Below are positions 18,763-27,043 of a DNA stretch of 32,000 bases, piece after piece (the stretch's first letter is position 1; every line of letters starts with the position of its first letter). The position numbers and the translations under genes were made by a program. This stretch comes from Promethearchaeota archaeon (GTDB lineage Archaea; Asgardarchaeota; Lokiarchaeia; Sigyniarchaeales; SOKP01). The stretch covers positions 180,001 through 212,000 of the forward strand of contig JAUWGH010000003.1 of NCBI GenBank assembly GCA_030606485.1, given 5' to 3'. The notes beneath the pieces are model-generated. The model made no database searches. It saw nothing but the letters and a program-made list of their open reading frames with translations, and was not told where the DNA came from.

Positions 18763-19002
18763 ATGACATCAAAAAATATTAGTATCACTAAAGAAGTGTA
18801 TAATAAATTAAAAAAAATTAAGGCTGAAAATGAAAGCTTTTCAGAACTATTTTTAAGATTACTTAAAGTTCAAAAATATAATATCGAAAAATCTTTTGGA
18901 GTATGGAAACTTTCAGAAAAAGAAATGGAAGATATTTGGGGAAATATTAATAATCGTGCTGGAAGACGTTGGAAAAAGTTAGATATTGGTGAAATAAAAT
19001 GA
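18763..19002 (+). CDS. vapB: Archaeal VapB-type antitoxin
   Basis: MTSKNISITKEVYNKLKKIKAENESFSELFLRLL; ATGA overlap with the PIN gene. Start moved to 18763 (the track's MCMCMC start is the repeat). Confidence 0.85.
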   Translation: MTSKNISITKEVYNKLKKIKAENESFSELFLRLLKVQKYNIEKSFGVWKLSEKEMEDIWGNINNRAGRRWKKLDIGEIK

Positions 19003-19406
19003 TTGTTCTTGATACTTCAGCTTGCATTGATTATCTAGATGGTAATGAGAAGTTAAAGGAAATTATTTTTGTACAGGAATCAATTATTCATATTACAGCA
19101 ATCACTGTTTATGAAATTAATATTGGATTAGAAAGAACAAAAAGGAAAATTTCTGAGGAGAGATATAAATATCTTTATAGAACATGGATGGAATTTATAA
19201 GTAGAATGGAAATTTTTCCGTTAGGGGTCAAAGAAGCTGAAAAGGCTGCGAAAATCTACGATATCTTGGAATCCAAAGGTCAAATAATTGATGATAACGA
19301 TATTTTAATAGCAGGTATTATGCTCACAAACGGGATAAAAAAAATAATTACGAAAAACGTAAAACATTTTGAAAGAATTGAAGGAATTGAGATTATTAAA
19401 TATTAA
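18999..19406 (+). CDS. vapC: VapC PIN-domain toxin
   Basis: IVLDTS, ITVYE, DNDILIAG, ITKNVKHF acidic PIN motifs. Confidence 0.92.
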   Translation: MIVLDTSACIDYLDGNEKLKEIIFVQESIIHITAITVYEINIGLERTKRKISEERYKYLYRTWMEFISRMEIFPLGVKEAEKAAKIYDILESKGQIIDDNDILIAGIMLTNGIKKIITKNVKHFERIEGIEIIKY

Positions 19407-19449
19407 TATTAAAAAAAAAGATAAATTAAATCTATTTAAAAATTTAAAA

Positions 19450-19578
19450 TTATTTAAGTTCCTCCTTGATTTTCTCGTAAAAATCGAGAGAAAATGGATT
19501 TCTAAGAGCGCCTCGATTTGCAACTGCTATTTCATGAATGATTTAAGTATAAACAATTTCAACTTTTTTTTTTTGAAA
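19450..19578 (-). pseudogene. Remnant 1 of the acetoacetyl-CoA synthetase 3' end
   Basis: Reads FQKKKVEIVYT*IIHEIAVANRGALRNPFSLDFYEKIKEELK* versus FSNKKVEIAVTKIIHGMEVANRSALRNPTSLDFYEKVKDELK*; 92/120 nt identical over 19450-19569; internal TAA at 19545-19543. Confidence 0.9.
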
Positions 19579-19623
19579 CTTATTAAAAAAGATTTATATT
19601 AATCTTTAAATTAAGAATAGACT

Positions 19624-20457
19624 ATGGAATTTGAAAATTTAATTTATGAAGAAAAGGATCAAGTGGCTTGGATTATACTTAATCGACCTGAAATCTTAAA
19701 TGCATTAAGCATGAAACTTTCTGATGAGTTAGTTGCTGCTATAGAAATTGTAAGGCAATCTACAAAACTTAAATTTTTAGTTATTAAAGGAGCAGGTAAC
19801 AATTTCAGTGTTGGAGATGACATTAAGGAAATGATTAAATGGGGCGATGCTAATGATATAACACGACGAGCGAGATATTATCAAAATATGGCTAATCAGC
19901 TTGAAGAGTTAGATAAAATCACAATTGCCGCTGTAGATGGATATGCTGTAGGTGGTGGCTTAGAAATTACTATGGTATGTGATTTTGTAATTGCCACTGA
20001 GCGCTCAAAATGGGGTATGCCAGAAGTGGATGTCGGAATAACTCCCGGATGGGGTGGTACCACAAGATTAGCTCGACTCATAGGTCGAAGGAGAGCTAAA
20101 GAAATTAATCTTATTGGTGCACTTCATTCCGGAAAAAAGGCGGTGGAATGGAATTTGTGGAACCGGGTTGTACCAAACGATCATCTTGATGATGAGGTGG
20201 AACAGTTATTGGAGGTACTTAAATCGAAAAATCAGCAAGGATTACGTCAATTAAAATTTATAATTAATCGTGGAGTAGAATGTGATTTGTATACTGCTCA
20301 GGGTTTTGAAGTTTTATCTGCTGGTTTAACTGGCGCTGTTAGTGGGATGTGGAAAATAAAAGATGCTGATCAGGGTAAGGGTATAATCGGCTTCACTAAT
20401 AAGGCTGGTCTATGGCAAACAAGAAGACGAATGGCAAAAGACTTTTGGGTTGATTAA
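19624..20457 (+). CDS. Enoyl-CoA hydratase/isomerase (crotonase) family protein
   Basis: LNRPEILNAL, FSVGDDI, GYAVGGGLE, GMPEVDVGITPGWGGT; both crotonase Glu positions present. Confidence 0.92.
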   Translation: MEFENLIYEEKDQVAWIILNRPEILNALSMKLSDELVAAIEIVRQSTKLKFLVIKGAGNNFSVGDDIKEMIKWGDANDITRRARYYQNMANQLEELDKITIAAVDGYAVGGGLEITMVCDFVIATERSKWGMPEVDVGITPGWGGTTRLARLIGRRRAKEINLIGALHSGKKAVEWNLWNRVVPNDHLDDEVEQLLEVLKSKNQQGLRQLKFIINRGVECDLYTAQGFEVLSAGLTGAVSGMWKIKDADQGKGIIGFTNKAGLWQTRRRMAKDFWVD

Positions 20458-20575
20458 AAGATTTTAATCTTAGATTATTTCCCTAAATGTTATTAGTTTT
20501 TTTATAAATTTAATTTAGATAGAGATATGATTTTTAAAAAATTAATAAAAAAAAATATTTTTTTTGAAGATATGA

Positions 20576-21418
20576 CTAAATTTTTAAAATTCGGTTTTCT
20601 TTTAGCCAATCTATTCCAAAGTCTACTATAGCTCGCAGTGATATTAATCGAGCTTCTGCCAAACCAATTTTACCAGGGCTATAATTAATTTTAGACTCAA
20701 AATCCTTTCCAAATTGCTTAAAATCATCACTATTATGATCCAAACCTTCCCATTCTACCCATCGTCTCTGAGTATTCACAGTCATTGCACATCCATTCGA
20801 AATAAATTTTTTTCCAGGGAAATCACTTCGATATTCTGCAAGATGCAATGAAGAGTTATTCTCATGGGTAACACCCACTAATAATATTTGTCCATCAAGA
20901 TCATAAAGACGGGAAATAGGAGAATCTTCCCCCAAATCTGCTGTTAATTTATGATTTTCAGTAATAAATTTTGCATATTTTCCCCAAGCAGCGAATGATG
21001 ATATGGGATGATTACTCCGTAAGACATTAGACCAATTTCTAAAAGTCTCTGCAATAACTCCCATTACTCTTGTAGGTGTTATTTTCGGCTTGAAGGCGGG
21101 CATCTCTTGTCTAATTGTATTCCACCAACTTTTAGGTACAGGAGGATTTTCCCATCGAGACGGGTCTGAGTTATCGCTAGTAAATGTTGGCATTACTAAT
21201 GTACCCTCTGAGGTTAGAACTTGCATTAGAGCTTTAATTACTGATACTGGTCCTCCAACAGTCCAACCTATCTTACTTAGTGAACTATGCAGTATTATTA
21301 TAGATCCATGCTCAACACCGAGTGTTTTAAAATCACGTTTTAATGAAGTTATAGTGTTAGGATATTTTGTTATTTTAACAACATCGCCTTCAGAGATCTT
21401 TTTCATTTCAATTTCCAT
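20576..21418 (-). CDS. AAC(3)/YokD family N-acetyltransferase
   Basis: LHSSLSKIGWTVGG, GTLVMPTFT, RSNHPISSFAAWG, LLVGVTHENNSSLHLAE. Confidence 0.9.
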   Translation of the reverse strand: MEIEMKKISEGDVVKITKYPNTITSLKRDFKTLGVEHGSIIILHSSLSKIGWTVGGPVSVIKALMQVLTSEGTLVMPTFTSDNSDPSRWENPPVPKSWWNTIRQEMPAFKPKITPTRVMGVIAETFRNWSNVLRSNHPISSFAAWGKYAKFITENHKLTADLGEDSPISRLYDLDGQILLVGVTHENNSSLHLAEYRSDFPGKKFISNGCAMTVNTQRRWVEWEGLDHNSDDFKQFGKDFESKINYSPGKIGLAEARLISLRAIVDFGIDWLKENRILKI

Positions 21419-21751
21419 AATATATTAAATAACTAATTTAGTTAATTACTTTTTTCTTATAGCAATAGCTTATAGAGAAATACCTTTAACCTTAAATCAA
21501 TATAGAAATAGATTTTTCTATTAAAATTATTGTTATAAAAAACTTTATAGACAAATTACACTCACACGACAAAAACCACCGACTAATAAAATTTAAGAAA
21601 GTTATCAACAGATCAATTTTCTATAGACTTAAATCTATTGGAATTTAAAAAAAATTTTTTATAGTTATTTTTAAGGAAATACTATTAAATATATCATATA
21701 ATATTTAGAATCCGTAGGCATAAAAGATGAGAGAAGAAAAGGTGGATTATT

Positions 21752-22330
21752 TTGGGTCTATTTGATACAATAATGTTTCCAAAACCAATTGGATGTAAAA
21801 AGTGCGGAAAACCTCACAAAAGTACACAAACGAAGCAATTTGAAAATTTGATGGTCACTTATTCAATAGGGGATATGGTCCCCGGAAATGTTATGAGTGG
21901 AGTTATAAAAGAAACTATTTTCTGCGACCATGGGGATATTGAAAACAAAGAAAATTATTCGTTCGATCAACCAATTTTTTTGGTAATATGGCACAATATT
22001 CTAACGGATATAGTAGAAAATTTAGAGGAAGCAGAAAATAAATTATCTAAATTTTCTCTGGGAGACCTATATATTTTATACAGGAATCTATACTTAGAAA
22101 AGATCAATTATCAAGTAAAATACGAAAGATTTAAGGCGCTAACACGAATATTTTTCGAGTATTTGGAGTTACCTCCAGAGAAACAAGAAAAAATTAGAAA
22201 AGGACAAGATAACACATTAGATAATATTCGATATTTGCATATAATTGAACATCTTGATAAAAAAAAACCGATAGAAGAAATTATTAAAAATCTAGATGGT
22301 CAAAAATTTACAGAAAAGCTTATTTTTTAA
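21752..22330 (+). CDS. Hypothetical protein with N-terminal CxxC (GLFDT..CKKCG..QTK)
   Basis: 192-aa ORF with protein-like composition, GGTGG upstream of the TTG; CKKC and later FCDH could bind Zn. Confidence 0.7.
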   Translation: MGLFDTIMFPKPIGCKKCGKPHKSTQTKQFENLMVTYSIGDMVPGNVMSGVIKETIFCDHGDIENKENYSFDQPIFLVIWHNILTDIVENLEEAENKLSKFSLGDLYILYRNLYLEKINYQVKYERFKALTRIFFEYLELPPEKQEKIRKGQDNTLDNIRYLHIIEHLDKKKPIEEIIKNLDGQKFTEKLIF

Positions 22331-22522
22331 AAAAAATCTACATCCGAAATAATTAAAAATCTAATCTTTAATATGTAATGATATGCTTTCCACATTTAAA
22401 ATTTTTCTAAAAACATTTATCTCCATCAGATTTAAAAGACAACATTATTATATTGTATGAAAAGAACTTTAAATTAGAATTAAAAAAAAAATAAGAAGTA
22501 AAAAATATTGAGAAATACTTCT

Positions 22523-22677
22523 TTATTTAAGCTTTTTTTTAATATTTTCATAGAAGGTAAATGATTCGGGGGGTTTTAAACACCTCTATTTGCCACAACC
22601 ATGTCATATATGATTTTTATAAAAGCAATCTTAACCTTTTTATTACTGAACGTATAAGGAATGCCATCGGGAGGAGT
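22523..22677 (-). pseudogene. Remnant 2 of the acetoacetyl-CoA synthetase 3' end
   Basis: Reads TPPDGIPYTFSNKKVKIAFIKIIYDMVVANRGV, 1-nt deletion near 22579, then LKPPESFTFYENIKKKLK*; AACS reads APPDGIPYTFSNKKVEIAVTKIIHGMEVANRSALRNPTSLDFYEKVKDELK*; 69/99 nt identical over 22579-22677. Confidence 0.9.
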
Positions 22678-22764
22678 CTATTTTTAAAAAAAAATACTAT
22701 TATCTTAGAAAATCCATATACTTTTCTGAAAAAAAATAAATATTCTGAAAATTATATATAATTT

Positions 22765-23025
22765 ATGACTACTCAAGATAAAACAATTGTTGGAAAAAAA
22801 GGAGAAATTTTACCAAAAAAACCATTACGGGATGCTTCAGGCATTAAGCCCGGAGATGAGGTATTAATTGAAGCCCATCAGGGTGAATTAATTATAAAAA
22901 AGATTTATTCTGTCGAAGAAGCATTAGCTATGCCCACGATTGCGACGGGTACTCCTGAAAGCATTGAAAGAGATATTGAAGAGGAAAGAGAAATGCAGGA
23001 GAAATTAACTAATGAAGAACATTAA
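22765..23025 (+). CDS. AbrB/MazE/SpoVT-family antitoxin
   Basis: VGKKGEILPKKPLRDASGIKPGDEVLIEA..GELIIKK; acidic C-terminus; overlaps the PIN gene. Confidence 0.85.
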   Translation: MTTQDKTIVGKKGEILPKKPLRDASGIKPGDEVLIEAHQGELIIKKIYSVEEALAMPTIATGTPESIERDIEEEREMQEKLTNEEH

Positions 23026-23512
23026 TTTAGTTATCCTCGATACAACATATGTTTTACCACTTTTTGGTATTAAAATGGATCTTTCTCCAGATTTTAAAGA
23101 AAAAATAAAAATACTGTGGAAAAATGGATTAAAGGGATATGAAATATATCTCCCCTCAACTTGTCTTATAGAAACTATTTTTAAACTACTTAATGAATAT
23201 AAGAAGAAGGAAGATTTTAGCATTTTAAAAAGATATCAATTAATTCTCCCAACAGTTCTAAATTCTCCTATTAAAATATTCAATCCCGAATTAAATCCAA
23301 AAGCCAGTTTAATAGCTTCAATCATAAGGCATTCTGGTCATCTTGATTTTATGGATTGTTGGATCGCTGGAACAGCAGCGGCTCTTAACGGGATCCTTTT
23401 AACAGAAGATAATGAGTTAGAAAAAGTCCTTAATGGTATTCCTGAAACTAAATCTATAATAGTTTGGTCATGGAATACTTTGGTAACAAAAATATTTAAA
23501 AAGAAAAAATAA
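23012..23512 (+). CDS. PIN-domain (VapC-like) toxin
   Basis: VILDTTY, CLIE, DFMDCWIAGTA, LLTED. Confidence 0.85.
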   Translation: MKNINLVILDTTYVLPLFGIKMDLSPDFKEKIKILWKNGLKGYEIYLPSTCLIETIFKLLNEYKKKEDFSILKRYQLILPTVLNSPIKIFNPELNPKASLIASIIRHSGHLDFMDCWIAGTAAALNGILLTEDNELEKVLNGIPETKSIIVWSWNTLVTKIFKKKK

Positions 23513-23542
23513 AATAAAATAAAAAAAGATTAATTTAAAGGT

Positions 23543-25528
23543 TTATTTAAGCTCATCTTTTACTTTTTCGTAGAAATCTAAAGATGTAGGGTTCCTAAGA
23601 GCGCTACGATTCGCGACTTCCATTCCATGAATGATTTTTGTAACAGCAATTTCAACTTTCTTATTGGAAAAGGTATAAGGTATTCCATCTGGGGGTGCTT
23701 CTAGAATGAGTTTAGGAACATGTCTTGGGGAAGTTTTTTCTCGTAAAGTTTTCCTTATCTTATCTTTTAACTCGTCAGTTAATTCATAACCTTCGTTTAA
23801 TAGGACAAACATTATAATACGAATATCTCCCTCCCATTTCTGCCCTATCACAAGAGTATCTGAAATTTCAGTTAGTTGTTCTATCACATTATAGATTTCG
23901 GCAGTACCAATACGGACACCACTAGGTTTTAATACTGCATCTGATCTACCCCAAAATGTAATGCCGCCAGTATCGCTGTGAATTACTATGTAGTCGCCAT
24001 GCCTCCATACATTTTTCCCAATATCCTTAAAGTGGTCAAAATATGCCGATTTATATTTTGTCATATTATCATCATCACCCCAGAAATATATAGGCATTGA
24101 AGGCGCAGGTGCTTCACATACGAGTTCAGCCTGCTCATCAAGGACTGGTTCTGCATTATCGTTATAAGATTTAATTTTCATTGCTAACGCAGGACCTTGT
24201 AATTCACCGGAATAGACAGGAAGAATTGGGATAGCACCAGCAAAGCAGCCATTGATATCCGTTCCACCACTTATTGAGTTAAAATATAGGTCTTTCTTGA
24301 TCTCCTTATAGACATATTCAAATCCTTCAGGTGAGAGTGTGGATGCAGTTTGGGATATTTCTCTTAATGTACTCAAATCGTATTTCTCAGCTGGTTTAGC
24401 GTCAACACCCATTAGATAATGAATGTAGGAAGCACTTGTACCAAAAACTGAAATTTTATGCTTTTCCATGAGTTCAAACATTCTAAGGGGATCCGGATAA
24501 AGGGGATTACCATCATAAAGGAAGATTGTTGCACCTACCGTTAACGAGCTTATCAGCCAATTCCACATCATCCATGAAGGCGCAGTGATATAGTTAATTA
24601 CATCGTTTCGTTTTAGATCTGTCGAGAGGATAAGTTCCTTTAAATGATTAATGAGTACTCCACCTGCTGATTGTACCATACATTTTGGCTTACCAGTTGT
24701 TCCCGAGGAAAATACAACATAAACGGGGTGGTCGAAAGGCAGTTGTTCGAATTGTATTTCTGGTTTATCCTCTTTAGAGATAAAATCATCCCAATGGACC
24801 GCATTAGGAAAACTACTAATATCAGGTTTGCCATCAGAGATATATGAAACAACAATGACCTTCTCTATTGAAGGTATAACTTCAACCACTTTTTTAGCAT
24901 TAGATATTATTTTAAAAATTTTATCTCTATAATAGTATCCATCAACTGTAAAAAGCACTTTAGGTTCAATTTGACCAAATCGATCAATTACAGCACTAGG
25001 TTGTAATTCAGCACCACAAGAAGCCCAAATTGCGCCAATACTAGTCGCAGCGAGCATAGCAATCGCGGTTTCAATCAAATTTGGAATATATGATACGACT
25101 CTATCTCCCACCTTAACTCCTATTTCACGTAGTGATTTCGCTAAACGAGCAACAACTTTATTTAACTCAGCATAAGTCATTTTCCTTGATACTTTTGTTT
25201 CACCTTGAAAAACAAACGCTAATTGCTTATCTTTAAATTTCAACATATTTTCAGCAAAATTTAATTTCGCTCCGGGAAACCATTTTGTTCCTGGATATAC
25301 ACTTAAGTCCTCAACTACCTTTTTATATGGTTGAGATGCTATTATTCCTCCAAACTTCCACATCGCATCCCAAAAATCTTCTATTTTTTCGACACTCCAG
25401 TTATAAAGCTCTTTCCCGGTAGAAATGTTTAGATTATATTTTTTATTAATAAATTCGATAAATCGAGTAGCTTCTGCATTTTTTATCCAATTCTCTGAGG
25501 GTTCCCATAATTTTTTTCGATCTGTTAT
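23543..25528 (-). CDS. Acetoacetyl-CoA synthetase (acetoacetate-CoA ligase, AACS)
   Basis: WFPGAKLNFAEN, FSSGTTGKPKC, SISGGTD, GRSDAVLKPSGVRIGTAEIY, SNKKVE. The frame stays open and homologous for 55 codons upstream of the track's ATG (LWEPS..RF..FIN..Y.L..LYNWSVEK.EDFW); probable start is ATA at 25528. Confidence 0.92.
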   Translation of the reverse strand: MTDRKKLWEPSENWIKNAEATRFIEFINKKYNLNISTGKELYNWSVEKIEDFWDAMWKFGGIIASQPYKKVVEDLSVYPGTKWFPGAKLNFAENMLKFKDKQLAFVFQGETKVSRKMTYAELNKVVARLAKSLREIGVKVGDRVVSYIPNLIETAIAMLAATSIGAIWASCGAELQPSAVIDRFGQIEPKVLFTVDGYYYRDKIFKIISNAKKVVEVIPSIEKVIVVSYISDGKPDISSFPNAVHWDDFISKEDKPEIQFEQLPFDHPVYVVFSSGTTGKPKCMVQSAGGVLINHLKELILSTDLKRNDVINYITAPSWMMWNWLISSLTVGATIFLYDGNPLYPDPLRMFELMEKHKISVFGTSASYIHYLMGVDAKPAEKYDLSTLREISQTASTLSPEGFEYVYKEIKKDLYFNSISGGTDINGCFAGAIPILPVYSGELQGPALAMKIKSYNDNAEPVLDEQAELVCEAPAPSMPIYFWGDDDNMTKYKSAYFDHFKDIGKNVWRHGDYIVIHSDTGGITFWGRSDAVLKPSGVRIGTAEIYNVIEQLTEISDTLVIGQKWEGDIRIIMFVLLNEGYELTDELKDKIRKTLREKTSPRHVPKLILEAPPDGIPYTFSNKKVEIAVTKIIHGMEVANRSALRNPTSLDFYEKVKDELK

Positions 25529-25735
25529 TATTAACGCCTCTTATTTGTTTATTTTATTTTAAAAATTTTTATTTAAATAATAATTGAGTAATAAAATAAA
25601 AGATAATTTTTGAAATTTATTTAAATTTAGATTTTTTTAGGGTTAATTAAAAATATTCAAAATATTTATTTTCAAAAATATCTTTATTAAATTGATTTTA
25701 AAATCTAAAAATATGTAAATAAATGGTGTTTTTAA

Positions 25736-26650
25736 TTGGAAGTATTTGAAACTAATCCAGAAAATAAATTGGTAATAAGTGCAGCGTTAGCAGGTGCAGT
25801 AACTAGAAAGGATCAAAATCCTGCAGTTCCTTACTCACCAGAAGAATTTGGAGATGAAGCTAAAAAATGCTATGAAGCGGGGGCCGCAATAGTTCATATT
25901 CATGCAAGAGATGTAGCACAGGGGGGTATTGCCACAGCAAATTTAGAAATTATTAAAGCCACAGTTGAAAATATAAAGCAAAAAGCACCGGACATTATAA
26001 TTAACTTGAGTTCCGCAATTAGCGCGGTAGTTACTGATCGGGAACGAATAATGCCCGTGAGAAAATTCAAACCTCCTTTAGCGTCATTAAACACTAATTC
26101 AATGAATTTTTCGGTCGGAGATTTTAAGGCAGGAAAAGTACTTATGGGTGCTGGAAATATTTTTAATAACTCGTTTAGCACAATTCAAAATTTTGCCAAA
26201 CATATGAGAAAAGCGCAAACCAGACCTGAGATGGAGGTTTATGATTTGGGGGGTATGTATAACATGCTATTTCTCAACAAACAAGAAGGTATGTTTGAAA
26301 AACCTTTACATTTTCAGTTTGTTTTCGGTGTTCTTGGTGGAATACCCTTCAGTCCTCAAAATCTAGGGCGTCTACTGGATTTAAAGCCCTCGGGAGCAAC
26401 ATGGAGTGTTTGTGGAATAGCAAAACAACAATTTCAAGCAGGTATGTGCGCTGCTGCATGTGGTGGGCATATTCGAGTTGGTTTAGAAGACAACATACGT
26501 AATATTAATGGTGATTTAGCTAAAGGCTCATGGGAACAGGTTACTTGGGCTAAAAAAGTGGCTGAAGACGCTGGGCGAAAAATTGCTCAAGGAGCAGAAG
26601 CCAGGAAAATATTCAACCTTTTTCGGGACGATGTAGATTTATCTGATTAA
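25736..26650 (+). CDS. Beta-keto acid cleavage enzyme (BKACE/DUF849, Kce-like)
   Basis: AGAAIVHIHARD (Zn HxH), SLNTNSMNF, PEMEVYD, GHIRVGLEDN; TTG start. Confidence 0.92.
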   Translation: MEVFETNPENKLVISAALAGAVTRKDQNPAVPYSPEEFGDEAKKCYEAGAAIVHIHARDVAQGGIATANLEIIKATVENIKQKAPDIIINLSSAISAVVTDRERIMPVRKFKPPLASLNTNSMNFSVGDFKAGKVLMGAGNIFNNSFSTIQNFAKHMRKAQTRPEMEVYDLGGMYNMLFLNKQEGMFEKPLHFQFVFGVLGGIPFSPQNLGRLLDLKPSGATWSVCGIAKQQFQAGMCAAACGGHIRVGLEDNIRNINGDLAKGSWEQVTWAKKVAEDAGRKIAQGAEARKIFNLFRDDVDLSD

Positions 26651-26682
26651 AAAAAATGCTAATAAACTAAGTCTAACCTTTC

Positions 26683-26694
26683 TTTTTTTTTTTT
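26683..26694 (+). terminator. Oligo-T tract between the convergent BKACE and ferredoxin genes, putative archaeal terminator
   Basis: Run of 12 T about 30 nt after the BKACE stop. Confidence 0.4.
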
Positions 26695-26710
26695 AATTTT
26701 TTTCATATTT

Positions 26711-26974
26711 TTAGCGATTTATCAGATAAACATAGAGATCTATTGCATTATTTGGGCATTTTCTTGTACATATATTGCAACCATAACATTGTCCAACTGT
26801 AACTGCCTTTCCATCGAGACCAAACTCTCGAATTTTCAATGGGCAAATTTTTATACAAGTTCCACAAGATTTACACTTAGATAAATCTGTTACTGCCTTA
26901 AATGCTCGTAGTTTTAATTCGTTTATTTTATTTTGTAAGGCAAGAGATGCAGCTTTCATAAACTGAGTTTTCAT
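26711..26974 (-). CDS. 2x[4Fe-4S] ferredoxin-like protein
   Basis: CKSCGTCIKICP and CYGCNICTRKCP. Confidence 0.85.
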   Translation of the reverse strand: MKTQFMKAASLALQNKINELKLRAFKAVTDLSKCKSCGTCIKICPLKIREFGLDGKAVTVGQCYGCNICTRKCPNNAIDLYVYLINR

Positions 26975-27043
26975 ACGTTTTTAATATAATATTTATTTAA
27001 AGAAAAGAAAAAAAGAAAAGATAATAAAATTCTATTCGATAAA

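Noticed and set aside
19369-19602. 77-aa plus-strand ORF
   Set aside because: Antisense shadow of AACS remnant 1; no start context or motif.
22561-22761. 66-aa plus-strand ORF
   Set aside because: Antisense shadow of AACS remnant 2.
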